A stretch of 64,000 bases of DNA from Gemmatimonadota bacterium (GTDB lineage: Bacteria; Gemmatimonadota; Gemmatimonadetes; Gemmatimonadales; GWC2-71-9). How positions within the stretch are numbered: position 1 is the first letter of the stretch; each line of letters opens with the position of its first letter. Where the stretch lies: positions 13,750 through 77,749 of the forward strand of contig QHTZ01000079.1 in NCBI GenBank assembly GCA_003221005.1, given 5' to 3'. The position numbers and the translations under genes are program-made. This document shows positions 20,994 through 30,937 of this stretch, in pieces. The notes beneath the pieces were generated by a model. That model searched no databases. It was not told the DNA's origin and was given only the letters and a program-made list of their open reading frames with translations.

Positions 20994-22255
20994 CGGTCGA
21001 CCTCGCCCATGACGATGTCCACCGACGCGTTGATCGCGATCAGGTCGCTCAGCAGGTGTCCCTGGGCGAGCTTCGGCAGCACCGAGAGGTTAATGAACGC
21101 GGGCGGGCGGATGCGCCAGCGCACCGGCTTCGCGGTGCCGTCGGAGACGAAGTAGTTGCCAAGCTCGCCCTTGGGGTTCTCGATCCCGACATACGCTTCG
21201 CCGACGGGCGCCTTCACGCCCTCCATCACCTGTTTGAAGTGATAGATCATCGCCTCCATGTCGCTCATGGCACGGGACTTGGGGGGAAGGATGACGCGCG
21301 GGTCCGCGACGTTGATCGGGCCATCTGGGAGCCGCTCGAGCGCTTGCGCCAGGATGCGGTTCGACTGCCGGCACTCCTCGAGCCGCACGAGGTATCGGTC
21401 GTACACGTCCCCGTGCTCGCCTACGGGCACGTCGAAATCGTATGTCTCGTAGTCGAGGTACGGCTTGTCCTTGCGGAGATCGTACGGCACGCCGCTGGCG
21501 CGGAGCATCGGCCCGGAGAGTGAATGACTGACGGCGTCGGCGGCGCTGATCACGCCTACGCCCTGCGTGCGGCCGGCCCACACGGCGTTGCGCGTCAGGA
21601 CGCGGTCGATCTCGTCCAGTGTCTTCGGAAACGTCTGCGTGAACTCGCGCAGCCCCGCGGCGAAGCCGTCCGGGATGTCGGCCATGAGGCCGCCGACGCG
21701 GGTGAGACTGGTCGTGAGACGCGCCCCGGTCCACATCTCCTGCAGGTTATAGATCCGCTCGCGCTGCTGGAATGCCCACAGGAACGGCGTGAAGGCGCCC
21801 AGGTCGATCGACGTCGTGCCGAGCCAGACGAGGTGGGAGATGATCCGGCTCATCTCACAGGCGATCAAGCGCAGCACCTTGCAACGGGGCGTGATCTCGA
21901 TCCCCATGAGCACTTCGGCCGCGAGCGCGACGCCCACGTTGTTCGCCATCGGCGCGAGGTAATCCGTGCGGTCTGTGAGCGGAATGATCTGGTTGTAGTG
22001 ACGGTATTCGCCGAGCTTTTCGAACCCCGAGTGGAGGTAGCCGATGTGCGGGATCACCCGCACCACGGTTTCCCCGTCAAGCTCGACGACGAGTCGTAGC
22101 ACGCCGTGGGTGGCGGGATGCTGAGGCCCGAGATTGATGAGCATGTGCTCGCCGGCGAGGTCCGGCTCCGCCAGCCCGACGGGAACGCGAGTGGGCCGGC
22201 CCTGCGCGTCGATGCCGGGGGTCGCGAGGTCGAGCTCGACGGTGCGCTTGCTCAT
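20990..22255 (-). CDS. nuoD: NADH-quinone oxidoreductase subunit D
   Basis: GPQHPATHGVLR, GYLH, ENPKGELG, DIVMGEVDR; ATG 22255. Confidence 0.97.
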   Translation of the reverse strand: MSKRTVELDLATPGIDAQGRPTRVPVGLAEPDLAGEHMLINLGPQHPATHGVLRLVVELDGETVVRVIPHIGYLHSGFEKLGEYRHYNQIIPLTDRTDYLAPMANNVGVALAAEVLMGIEITPRCKVLRLIACEMSRIISHLVWLGTTSIDLGAFTPFLWAFQQRERIYNLQEMWTGARLTTSLTRVGGLMADIPDGFAAGLREFTQTFPKTLDEIDRVLTRNAVWAGRTQGVGVISAADAVSHSLSGPMLRASGVPYDLRKDKPYLDYETYDFDVPVGEHGDVYDRYLVRLEECRQSNRILAQALERLPDGPINVADPRVILPPKSRAMSDMEAMIYHFKQVMEGVKAPVGEAYVGIENPKGELGNYFVSDGTAKPVRWRIRPPAFINLSVLPKLAQGHLLSDLIAINASVDIVMGEVDR

Positions 22256-22872
22256 TCGGAGTGCGGCAGCTTGCCACGCTCGCCCCGCTCGAGGCGCTCC
22301 TTCATGTCGCGCGGCAGCTCGTCGTATGCCTCGGCGATCGAGAGCTCTTCCAGGGAGTAGTGCGCTTCGGGGTTGGCAGCCAGCGCCTGTCGCACCTGTT
22401 CTGCGCGGCTGAAGCGCCCGCGCAAGGGAAAGTCCTTCCGGAGCGGATAACCTTCTGCGTACGTCTCCCACATCAGAATACGCCGCAGGTCGGGATGTCC
22501 ACGGAACGTGATCCCGAACATGTCGTACACTTCGCGCTCGAGCCACTCGGCGCCGGGCCACAGCGGCACGACCGAGTCCACCGCGAGCTCCCCGCGGGGA
22601 TCGAGCTCGACCTTCACCCGCAGGTCCACGCGCCGCTCCAGCGATCGCAGGAAGTAAATGACCTCGAGCGGGCGCTCGCGGTCGCGGTACTCGACCGCTG
22701 TCACGTCCACCAGGTAGTCGTACCGCTCGCCCGGCGCGTCGCGCAGCCACTGCATCACTTCCCGCAACTGCTCGGCGCGGACGCAGACGAGGGTCTCGCC
22801 GTCGCGCGCCACGGCGGCGCGGCCGATGGCGGTGCTGAAGGTCGCTCGCAGGGCGTCGACGGAGGGGTTCAC
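22252..22872 (-). CDS. nuoC: NADH-quinone oxidoreductase subunit C
   Basis: [29 protein letters not shown]. Confidence 0.97.
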   Translation of the reverse strand: MNPSVDALRATFSTAIGRAAVARDGETLVCVRAEQLREVMQWLRDAPGERYDYLVDVTAVEYRDRERPLEVIYFLRSLERRVDLRVKVELDPRGELAVDSVVPLWPGAEWLEREVYDMFGITFRGHPDLRRILMWETYAEGYPLRKDFPLRGRFSRAEQVRQALAANPEAHYSLEELSIAEAYDELPRDMKERLERGERGKLPHSE

Positions 22873-23474
22873 GCCGACCGGAACTGGTGAACCGAGTTGC
22901 CGAACGGCTCCGAGATCTCGTCGATCTGATCAGGGGGCAGCCGCAGGCCCTTGTCGTCGAGGGGATGCTCCTCCCGCAGCGCGCGATCGCTCAGCGACTC
23001 GCCTTTGATCTTCTTGTGGAGCAGCAGCACGCCGTAGAGGAGGCCTTCAGGTCGGGGAGGGCAGCCGGGGACGTACACGTCCACCGGGACGATCGTGTCG
23101 ATTCCCTGCACCATTGCGTAATTGTCGAAGATGCCGCCGCTCGAGGCGCATGCGCCCATCGAGATTACCCACTTCGGCTGCGGCATCTGGTCGTAGACCC
23201 GGCGGATGACGGGGGCGAGCTTGAAGGGCAGCCGGCCGGCGCAGATCAGCACATCGGCCTGACGCGGGCTGAACGCCTGGCGCTCCATTCCGAAACGTGC
23301 GAAGTCGAACCGGCTCGCCGCTGTCGCCATGAACTCGATAGCACAGCATGCCGTCCCGAACGGCATGGGCCACAGCGAGTTGGCCCTGGCCCAGTTCACG
23401 AGGTCGTCGAGTCGCGCGAGCAGCCAGTTGGGGCTCTGACCCGCGATCTCCTTCGTCTCCACCATATGTTTCAT
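22869..23474 (-). CDS. nuoB: NADH-quinone oxidoreductase subunit B
   Basis: [27 protein letters not shown]; start 23474 or 23465. Confidence 0.97.
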   Translation of the reverse strand: MKHMVETKEIAGQSPNWLLARLDDLVNWARANSLWPMPFGTACCAIEFMATAASRFDFARFGMERQAFSPRQADVLICAGRLPFKLAPVIRRVYDQMPQPKWVISMGACASSGGIFDNYAMVQGIDTIVPVDVYVPGCPPRPEGLLYGVLLLHKKIKGESLSDRALREEHPLDDKGLRLPPDQIDEISEPFGNSVHQFRSA

Positions 23475-23481
23475 TCTGTGA

Positions 23482-23865
23482 TCAGTCCCAATCGAAGGCG
23501 CCCCGCTTCCACACATACACGTACCCCACGAACAGGATCGCGAGGAACACCAGCATCTCGGCGAGCAAGAACCCCATGCCGGGCCCCGTCCCCCCCGCCC
23601 CGTCTCCGCTGAAGTAGATCGCGCCCCACGGGATCAAGAAGACGGTCTCGATGTCGAATACGATGAACAGCATCGCGACCAGGTAAAACTTGACCGAGAA
23701 CCGTTCGTGGGCGTCCCCCAGCGGCGGCATGCCGCTCTCGTACGGCTCGAGCTTCGAGGGGGTGGGTCGCCGCGGCGCGGCGAAATGCGAGACACCGATC
23801 AGAAGCGCGGCGTTCGCGACCACGAAAACCGCGTATAGGAGGAAGGATACGTAGGGTTCGCGCAT
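23482..23865 (-). CDS. nuoA: NADH-quinone oxidoreductase subunit A
   Basis: [24 protein letters not shown]. Confidence 0.96.
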   Translation of the reverse strand: MREPYVSFLLYAVFVVANAALLIGVSHFAAPRRPTPSKLEPYESGMPPLGDAHERFSVKFYLVAMLFIVFDIETVFLIPWGAIYFSGDGAGGTGPGMGFLLAEMLVFLAILFVGYVYVWKRGAFDWD

Positions 23866-23877
23866 GCGATGCGACGG

Positions 23878-23946
23878 AAAATCACGCTTTGGTATGGGCT
23901 TGTCAACCGAACCGAGTGGCGTAAGTGCCGATGGGGCCGATATATT
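23878..23946. promoter_or_regulatory. Divergent nuoA/dcd promoter region
   Basis: Minus strand TTGACA (23901-23906) with weak -10 GATTTT 17 nt away; plus strand TATATT (23941-23946) 8 nt before the dcd ATG. Confidence 0.5.
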
Positions 23947-23954
23947 GCGCGCCC

Positions 23955-24515
23955 ATGTCCATCAAGTCCGACCGCTGGATCCGCCGCATGGCGCGCGAGC
24001 GGCGGATGATCGAGCCGTTCGCCGACCGCCAGGTCACGGCGGGGGTCATCTCCTTCGGGGTGTCGTCGTACGGGTACGACATGCGCGTCGCACCCGAGTT
24101 CCGGATCTTCACGAACGCGCTCTCGGCGGTCGTCGACCCCAAGCACTTCGACCCTCGCTCGTTCGTCGAGTTCGCCGGGGACGTCTGCATCGTGCCGCCC
24201 AACTCGTTTGCGCTCGCCCGCTCGATCGAGTACTTCCGCATCCCGCGGAACGTCCTGACCGTGTGCGTGGGGAAGAGCACCTACGCCCGCTGTGGGATCA
24301 TCACCAACGTGACGCCGTTCGAGCCGGAGTGGGAGGGCTTCGTGACCCTCGAGATCTCGAACACGACACCCCTCCCGGCCAAGATCTACGCCAACGAGGG
24401 GATCGCCCAGGTACTGTTCTTCACGGCGGACGAAGGCGACGAGTGCGAGCAGAGCTACGCCGACAAGCGCGGCAAGTACCAGGCCCAGACGGGCATCACC
24501 CTGCCCAAGCTGTAG
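23955..24515 (+). CDS. dcd: dCTP deaminase
   Basis: [36 protein letters not shown]. Confidence 0.97.
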   Translation: MSIKSDRWIRRMARERRMIEPFADRQVTAGVISFGVSSYGYDMRVAPEFRIFTNALSAVVDPKHFDPRSFVEFAGDVCIVPPNSFALARSIEYFRIPRNVLTVCVGKSTYARCGIITNVTPFEPEWEGFVTLEISNTTPLPAKIYANEGIAQVLFFTADEGDECEQSYADKRGKYQAQTGITLPKL

Positions 24516-24525
24516 TCCCCGCCCC

Positions 24526-26094
24526 TCAGCGCTCCAGCAGCTCCAATCCCTCGACTCGCAAGGCCGGCCGCCCCCGCGCACGCAGCGCTCGGAGATCCGC
24601 TGCCGCCTGAGCGGCCTCCAACGCCCCGAATGTGAACGGCCTTCCCGGGATTGCCACGTCCTCCCGCGCGGCCTCCGTGATCTGGAGGAAGTGGCCTCCC
24701 GGGGGGCCGCCCTTGTGCAGCTGACCCGTCGAGTGAAGCAACCGTGGGCCGTAGCCGAGCGTGGTCGCCACCTTGAGCCGGTCGCGCAGCCGCAACCGGA
24801 TCGCCTCCAGGCGGCGATCGTATTCCGCGGTCGGCGGGAGGTAGGCCATCAGCGCGAGGTAGTCCCCCGGCCGGATCGCGGCGAGAAATGCTCGCAGCTC
24901 CGCCGCGCTCGAGGGAACGGGGGGCGCCGGCGCCACACGGCTCGCGAGCGCCGCGGTCGTGTTGGCCTTGGTCTCGGCGACATTCGGCTGGTCGAACGGG
25001 TTGATTCGGAGGATCGCGCCCGCCACCGCTGTCGCGAACTCCCAGCGGAAGAACTCCTGGCCCACATCGTAGGGGTCTGCGAGCGTGAGGCGCACCAGCG
25101 GATGCCCCGCCCCTTCGAGCGCAGCGAGGCGTGTTGCCACAGTGCGGTCTTCCTCTCCCGCGAGCGTGAGGGCGACGAAGACCCGGTCGCGCCCGTGTAC
25201 GTCGGGCGCTCCGAGGGGCTCGCCCACGACGGGCAGAATACCCTTCCCTTCTTTGCCGGTGCTCTCGGCGATGAGCTGCTCCGCCCACAGACCGAGGCTT
25301 GCGATCCCGGGCGACAGGACGAACGTGAGCTTGTCCCGCCCGTCCATCGCCGCGGCTCCGAGGATGGCGCCGAGCCGGGCGGCGGGGTTGTCGACCGCGG
25401 GCACCTCGCGGGCGCACGCCTCGGCCACCCGCTGCGCCCGCTGCAGCAGCCGGCGGACGTCGATGCCGAGGAGTGCGGCGGGGACGAGCCCGAAGTACGA
25501 GAGCGCCGAGTACCGGCCCCCGATATCGGGCGGGTTGAGGAACGCCTGGCGGAACCCGGACTCCCGGGCCAGCCGGGCAAGCGGCGTATCGGGATCCGTG
25601 ATCGCAACGAACTGGTCCCCGCGCCCTCTTGCGCGCTCCCAGAAGTAGCGGAAGAAGCAGTCCGTCTCGAGCGTGGTCCCCGACTTGCTCGAAACGAGAA
25701 ACAGGGTGCGCGTGAGATCGCCGGCCGCTGCCGCGGCGACGGCCCGTGGGTCGGTGCTGTCGAGCACGACGAGCGACGGGTGGCCGCGCGCGCTGCCGAA
25801 GGTACGCCGCAGCACTTCGGGAGCGAGGCTCGAGCCGCCCATGCCGCACAGCACGACGCGATCGCAGCTCGCCCGGATCTCGGCGGCAAACGCTGTTAGG
25901 GTCGCCGTCTCGTCGAGCATCGCCCCGACAACGGTCAGCCACCCGAGGCGATCCGCGATCTCCGGCGTCCCGGGGTCGTCCTTCCACACCGTGGGATCCC
26001 TGTCCCAAATGCGGCGAGGCACGTGCGCGTCCTCGAGCTGGGCGAGGCGCTGCGCCACCGCGGTGTCGAATGCGCCGGCTGTGGCCTGCTTCAG
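24526..26094 (-). CDS. pgi: Glucose-6-phosphate isomerase (Tal/Pgi-type Pgi half); start uncertain
   Basis: RLGWL, GMGGSSL, SSKSGTTLET, GGRYSALS, EQLIAESTGKEG, FDQPNV, HSTGQLHKGGP. Confidence 0.9.
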   Translation of the reverse strand: MKQATAGAFDTAVAQRLAQLEDAHVPRRIWDRDPTVWKDDPGTPEIADRLGWLTVVGAMLDETATLTAFAAEIRASCDRVVLCGMGGSSLAPEVLRRTFGSARGHPSLVVLDSTDPRAVAAAAAGDLTRTLFLVSSKSGTTLETDCFFRYFWERARGRGDQFVAITDPDTPLARLARESGFRQAFLNPPDIGGRYSALSYFGLVPAALLGIDVRRLLQRAQRVAEACAREVPAVDNPAARLGAILGAAAMDGRDKLTFVLSPGIASLGLWAEQLIAESTGKEGKGILPVVGEPLGAPDVHGRDRVFVALTLAGEEDRTVATRLAALEGAGHPLVRLTLADPYDVGQEFFRWEFATAVAGAILRINPFDQPNVAETKANTTAALASRVAPAPPVPSSAAELRAFLAAIRPGDYLALMAYLPPTAEYDRRLEAIRLRLRDRLKVATTLGYGPRLLHSTGQLHKGGPPGGHFLQITEAAREDVAIPGRPFTFGALEAAQAAADLRALRARGRPALRVEGLELLER

Positions 26095-26519
26095 GGTGGA
26101 GGGGTCGTCACGCCGCGCCACGCCCCGCCGGAGAGGGTGATGACTGTCGTAGCGAGGACGAGGACGGCGACGTCCAGGCGCCATCCGAGCTCGGTGGCGG
26201 GCGCAGCCATCTGCACGAAATAGAGCACGAAGTCGAACAGCCCGACGAGCAACCCCAGCAGCAGGGTGCGCTGCAGCGGCCGCCCGAGCCGCGCCAGCAC
26301 GCTTCCCGTCACGAGGGCGACCGCGCCCTGCCCGGCCGCAAGCGCCAACGCTGTGACCGCATCGCTGAACAGCGTGTGCATCAGGCCGGCACGGTTCGGG
26401 ATGTAGCTGAAGAACCAGGTGTGGATCAGCGTGATCGCAAGCCCCGCCGCCGCGGCGCAGAGCACCGTCCACACGGCGTAATACACGACGATCTTCATCC
26501 GGTCACCCGCGTCCGGCAT
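26091..26519 (-). CDS. Hypothetical 4-TM membrane protein
   Basis: Four hydrophobic segments; fills the gap between M28 peptidase and pgi. Confidence 0.7.
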   Translation of the reverse strand: MPDAGDRMKIVVYYAVWTVLCAAAAGLAITLIHTWFFSYIPNRAGLMHTLFSDAVTALALAAGQGAVALVTGSVLARLGRPLQRTLLLGLLVGLFDFVLYFVQMAAPATELGWRLDVAVLVLATTVITLSGGAWRGVTTPPP

Positions 26520-26569
26520 CAGTTCGGACCTCCGTCGTCCGCAAATCTGTGCGGGCCCGGGGCCGGGCG

Positions 26570-28672
26570 CTAGCGGAGCGCGGCAGTCGCCTGCTCGACC
26601 GCCTCACGCGCCTGGTCCACGTGGTTGACGAGATCGGCCAGCTCGCGCTCCGCGGTGGAGGGGTCCGCGAAGCGAATCGCCTCGTTGACCGAAGGGAAGG
26701 CCATCGTCGAGTACCCGTTGTCCACGTCCGACGCGAACTCAAGGCTCCGGTTCCAGGGGCGGCTGACGAGGCCCTGCGGGCGGGTGAGGCGGCGCTCCAC
26801 CTGCATCAGCCACCGGTTGACCTGGGCGGCCCGCACCGCCGGGAGGTCGTCGGCGAGCGCGCTGTCCCGCGCCGCGGCGAACGCCTGCCCCGCGGCCGCC
26901 AACCTCGTGAGCGCGGTTAGGAGCGCCGCCGTGGGAACGCTCCAGTGCCGCGCCGCGAGGTTGCTGTCGAGGTCGGTCACGTACCCCGCGAGCTCGCCGC
27001 CCAGCGCCGCGCAGTCGAGCGGCAGAATCGGCGCGTTCGCCAGCCGTGCCACGGCCAGGCTGACGAGCTGCGCCACCGCGCGGTGCGCGCGGTAGCCGCG
27101 ATCGCCGAAGCGCGTCATCCACGCATACGAGTCGTACATCGAGTGGTACACTCCGTTGAGACTGCCGAAGGAGACTGAGGCGGAGGGGATGCCGAGATGA
27201 TGGGTGAACGCCGCGAAATCCGACCCGCCACCCAGGTTGTCGAGCCGCAGCGCGCTGGTGTCGCTCAGCCCCTCCCGGAGCCACGCGTCATACACTGTGC
27301 CGTGTCCCCCGGGCTCGGGAACGTAGTGCGTGAGATCGCGGATGAGCGGCTTGAGCGAGGGCGACGCCGCGGCCGCGAACCGTGTCCCGCTTGCGACGTC
27401 GTCCTCGTTGATGTAGGCGACCACGTGGGCGTTGACGGAGTCCTCCAGCTCCTCCACCCACTCGGTCGACCCCATCAAGCCCCATTCCTCGGCGTCCCAC
27501 GTGACGAAGACAACCGTCCGCGCCGGCCGCAGCGCCGCTCGCGCCAGCGCCGCGAAGGCCCGGGCCGTCTCCAGCACGGTGACGGTTCCGCTCACGTTGT
27601 CGCCGGCGCCTGGGGACCAAGCGTCGCGATGTGCCCCCACGACGACCCATTCGTCAGGGTAGGTGGTCCCCCGGATGATGCCGAACGTATTCCAGATGGG
27701 ATGCAGCGCCCGCGCACCCCGCTCGCTCCTCACCTTCAGCCGCAGCCGCGCGGGGCCCGGACCGACTCGGTACTGAAACGGCAGCCCTCCCTGCCACCCC
27801 TCGGGAGCCGCCGGACCGGCCAGCTTGGCAAGGAAGCGGCGCGCGTTCCCGTATCCCATCGGGATCACCGGGATCCGCGGCACGGGGAGGGAATCCTCGG
27901 GCAGGCGGACGGCGCCCGCGGTGGACGGGGCGCCGGGCGTGGTCGGATCACCGCTCGGGTTCATCACGGTGCCGCGCTGGATGCCACCCGGCGGCCGCAT
28001 CGGTCCGCGGGGGTAAACCTCCCCGCGCACGTAGCCGTCGTCCAACGGGTCCGAGTACAGGATCAACCCCACGGCGCCGTGATTCTCCGCCTCCCGCGCC
28101 TTGATCCCCCGGAAGGATCGGCCGTAGCGCGCCACGACAATGCTGCCGCGCACGCTGACGCCCAGGGAGTCGAGGGTCCGGTAGTCCGTGCCGAGCCCTG
28201 TATTGACGTACACGACGGGCGCCGTCACGTCGCCGTCGTGGCCGTACGCATTGAAGGGCGGCACTTGCGGCCCGGCGCTGGTGCGATCGCCCCGCACCGC
28301 CGGCTCGTCGAGGTTCAGCCGCACCGCGGTCGACCCCGGGCCGGTGGTGAGCCAAGCGCTCACGACCTCCGGCTGTGGCAGGTAGACCAGGTACTCCTTG
28401 GTCCACGTCTCGAGACCCCACGATCGCAGCTGCGCGATCACGTAATCCCGCGTCGCGGCCTGGGCCGGGGTACCGGCCATGTGGGGACTGGCGCTCAGAG
28501 TGCGGGTCATCAACCGGGCACTCGCCGTGTCAGGGATAGTGAGGAGACGCGCTTCGAAGCTTGCCTCGGTGGCGCCCACGGATGGGGCGACGCCCGTTTG
28601 GGCGGATAGCCAGGCGGGCGCAGCGGCGGTCACGAAACAGGAGAGCAGCGGGGCGTAGCGGCGCGGGGGCAT
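26570..28672 (-). CDS. M28 peptidase, glutamate carboxypeptidase II/TfR-like, secreted
   Basis: Signal peptide, PA domain (RYG..FRG.K), GAHRDAW, DNVSG, WDAEEWG, YHSMYD, TfR-dimer-like tail. Confidence 0.92.
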   Translation of the reverse strand: MPPRRYAPLLSCFVTAAAPAWLSAQTGVAPSVGATEASFEARLLTIPDTASARLMTRTLSASPHMAGTPAQAATRDYVIAQLRSWGLETWTKEYLVYLPQPEVVSAWLTTGPGSTAVRLNLDEPAVRGDRTSAGPQVPPFNAYGHDGDVTAPVVYVNTGLGTDYRTLDSLGVSVRGSIVVARYGRSFRGIKAREAENHGAVGLILYSDPLDDGYVRGEVYPRGPMRPPGGIQRGTVMNPSGDPTTPGAPSTAGAVRLPEDSLPVPRIPVIPMGYGNARRFLAKLAGPAAPEGWQGGLPFQYRVGPGPARLRLKVRSERGARALHPIWNTFGIIRGTTYPDEWVVVGAHRDAWSPGAGDNVSGTVTVLETARAFAALARAALRPARTVVFVTWDAEEWGLMGSTEWVEELEDSVNAHVVAYINEDDVASGTRFAAAASPSLKPLIRDLTHYVPEPGGHGTVYDAWLREGLSDTSALRLDNLGGGSDFAAFTHHLGIPSASVSFGSLNGVYHSMYDSYAWMTRFGDRGYRAHRAVAQLVSLAVARLANAPILPLDCAALGGELAGYVTDLDSNLAARHWSVPTAALLTALTRLAAAGQAFAAARDSALADDLPAVRAAQVNRWLMQVERRLTRPQGLVSRPWNRSLEFASDVDNGYSTMAFPSVNEAIRFADPSTAERELADLVNHVDQAREAVEQATAALR

Positions 28673-28788
28673 GGCGAGATGACGGGCAAATGAGGAGTTC
28701 AAGATCCGCCTCGGCGAGGGGCCGCGCCACCCCGCGACTGTTTGCGCGTCGCGCGTCGAAACGCGAAATTGGGCGAGGCACGGTCCGC

Positions 28789-30631
28789 ATGACCCTGCAG
28801 CGTGGGCTCAGTCTGCGTAATCTGCTGCTGCTGCTGTTCCTGGCGGCGGCGCTCTATGCCGGTGCCTTGCCCGTCTATCTGTTCGTCCGCGTGGGCGCGG
28901 CTGCCGCCGTGCTGGCCCAGGGCACACAGGGTGTCGTGCGTCTGGTCGTGGACCTGCGGCAGCGCGTCGAGGCTGCGGAAAATGCGGTGGGGCTCGCGCG
29001 GCGAGCCGTGGCCACCCGGGCGTCGCTTCCTGGCGACTCGATTCGTACCCTCGCCGCGCGCGCTGCCGCCCCGTCGCCCGCGGCCGAGCCCCCGGCCGTG
29101 TCGGCGGCGCTCGGGACAGAAGCGGCGCGCGTCCACGGTTCGCTGTCGGAGCTGGCGCGCGACGTAGTTGCTGCGGCCCAGCTCATAGAGCGACGCCGCT
29201 GGCCCGACGCGGCGCGCGGCGTCGCGCTCGTGGATTCCCTCAACACCCGGGCGCGCGAGCAGCTGCTGGTCGTGAGCCGTCTCGCGGGGGACGATCTCCT
29301 GGAGCGCGTGGCTGCCGTGGTAGCGGCCACCGCCGAAGTGCGTCGCGACTCCGCGCTCTGGCTCGTGTTCGGTCTGTTTCTGACCTGGCTGGGTCTCATC
29401 ACTATCCGGCGGCGCATCCTGCAGCCGCTCAGCGCGCTCGAGACCGGGTTGACGCGCGTCTCCGAAGGCGACCTCAACACCCCCGTGCCCGTGCTGCGGA
29501 TGGACGAGGCGGGCCGGCTCGCGGCTCACTTCAACGAGATGACGCGCGTGCTCCGCAACCGGGCGGAGGAACAGGGCCGGTTCGCAGCGGCGGGCGAGCT
29601 GCTCGCGGGCGTGGCGCACGAAGTGAACAACCCGCTGATGGCGATCGCGGCACACGCCGAGAACCGCCTCGCGGACCCCGCGATCACGCCGGAGCAGCGG
29701 GACGAGATGCAGCAGGTGCTGCGCCAGGCGCAGCGGGCGACGAAACTGCTGCGCGGACTGCTGCGCTTCGTCCGTGCCACTGAGCGGCAGATGACCAGCA
29801 TCAACCTGAACGACGTGGTGCGTGGCGCCCTCGACCTCGTGTCGTACCGGTTCGGCGTGGACGAGATTACCGTGGGCGGCCGCCTCGACCCGAACCTGCC
29901 GCCGGTGCAGGGTGACGCCATCCGCCTCGAGCAGGTGGTCGTCAACCTGCTGTCGAACCGTGTCCGTCGCGGTCAGCGACAACGGCCTCGGCGTCCCAGC
30001 CGAGATCGCGGACCGGCTGTTCCGGCCTTTTGCCACGACGAAAGGGCGCCAGGGGACGGGCCTCGGGCTGTACGTCTCGCGCCAGATTGCCCGAGAATCC
30101 GGGGGCGATGTCGTCCTCGCGCGGGACGCCGACGGGGGGCGAGGGACGGGCGCACGCTTCGTGATGACTCTGCCGACCACCGCGCGGGAGCAACCGGCGC
30201 CGGAGCGGGCTGCCGCTCCCCCAAGTGACGGTGCCCCAGCGGCCCGCCTGGCGGGCGTGTGCGTCCTGATCGTGGACGACGAGGCCCCTGTCCGCCGGCC
30301 GATGGCGCGATTTCTGATCCGGCGCGGTGCTCAGGTCTACGAGGCGGGGGACGGGGCCGAGGCCCTGGAATGGCTCTCGGCTCGAAGCGCCGACGTGATC
30401 CTGGTCGACCTCCGCATGCCTCGGATGAGCGGCATCGAGCTGTTCGCCAAGCTCGAGGCGACCCACCCCGAGCTCGCCGCCCGGGTCCTGTTCCTCTCGG
30501 GGGACGTCTCCCAGCTGGCCGAGCCCGGCAACACGCCCGTCCCACGGGAGCGCGTGCTCGTGAAGCCGGTGGAGCTGGCGGCTCTGGAGGAGCGAGTCGC
30601 CCAATTGGTCGCGGAGCGGACAGCCCTATAG
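28789..30631 (+). pseudogene. Hybrid sensor histidine kinase (TM-periplasmic-TM-HAMP-HisKA-HATPase-REC), frameshifted at about 29958
   Basis: AHEVNNPL, EQVVVNLLSN in frame 1; DNGLG, PFATTK, GTGLGL, LIVDDE, DLRMP, KP in another frame. May be an assembly error. Confidence 0.85.
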
Positions 30632-30670
30632 CTGGCCAGGAACGCGGGACAGCGATAGGATGGAGGGGGC

Positions 30671-30937
30671 ATGCTGATCGTCGTCGTGCTGCTCATCACT
30701 GTGCTGATGCGGTTCGCGATCGTGACTGCGGCCGTGTACCTCCTCCTGCCTGCCGGTCCGCTGTGCCCCCATTGCAAGATCGACATGGTGCCGATCAAGA
30801 ACTGGTTCTTCGATCGGTTGCTCCCGGCGCTGCAGCGGCGCTGGTGTCTCTCCTGCGGCTGGAATGGCGTAGTCCGCCGCGTGCGGTCGGCGCCGAAGCG
30901 TACCGGGAAGCGGAGCCCCCGCCCTATCCCTCGGTGA
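30671..30937 (+). CDS. Small membrane-anchored Zn-ribbon protein
   Basis: SD GGAGG; N-terminal TM; CPHC...WCLSCGW. Confidence 0.65.
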   Translation: MLIVVVLLITVLMRFAIVTAAVYLLLPAGPLCPHCKIDMVPIKNWFFDRLLPALQRRWCLSCGWNGVVRRVRSAPKRTGKRSPRPIPR

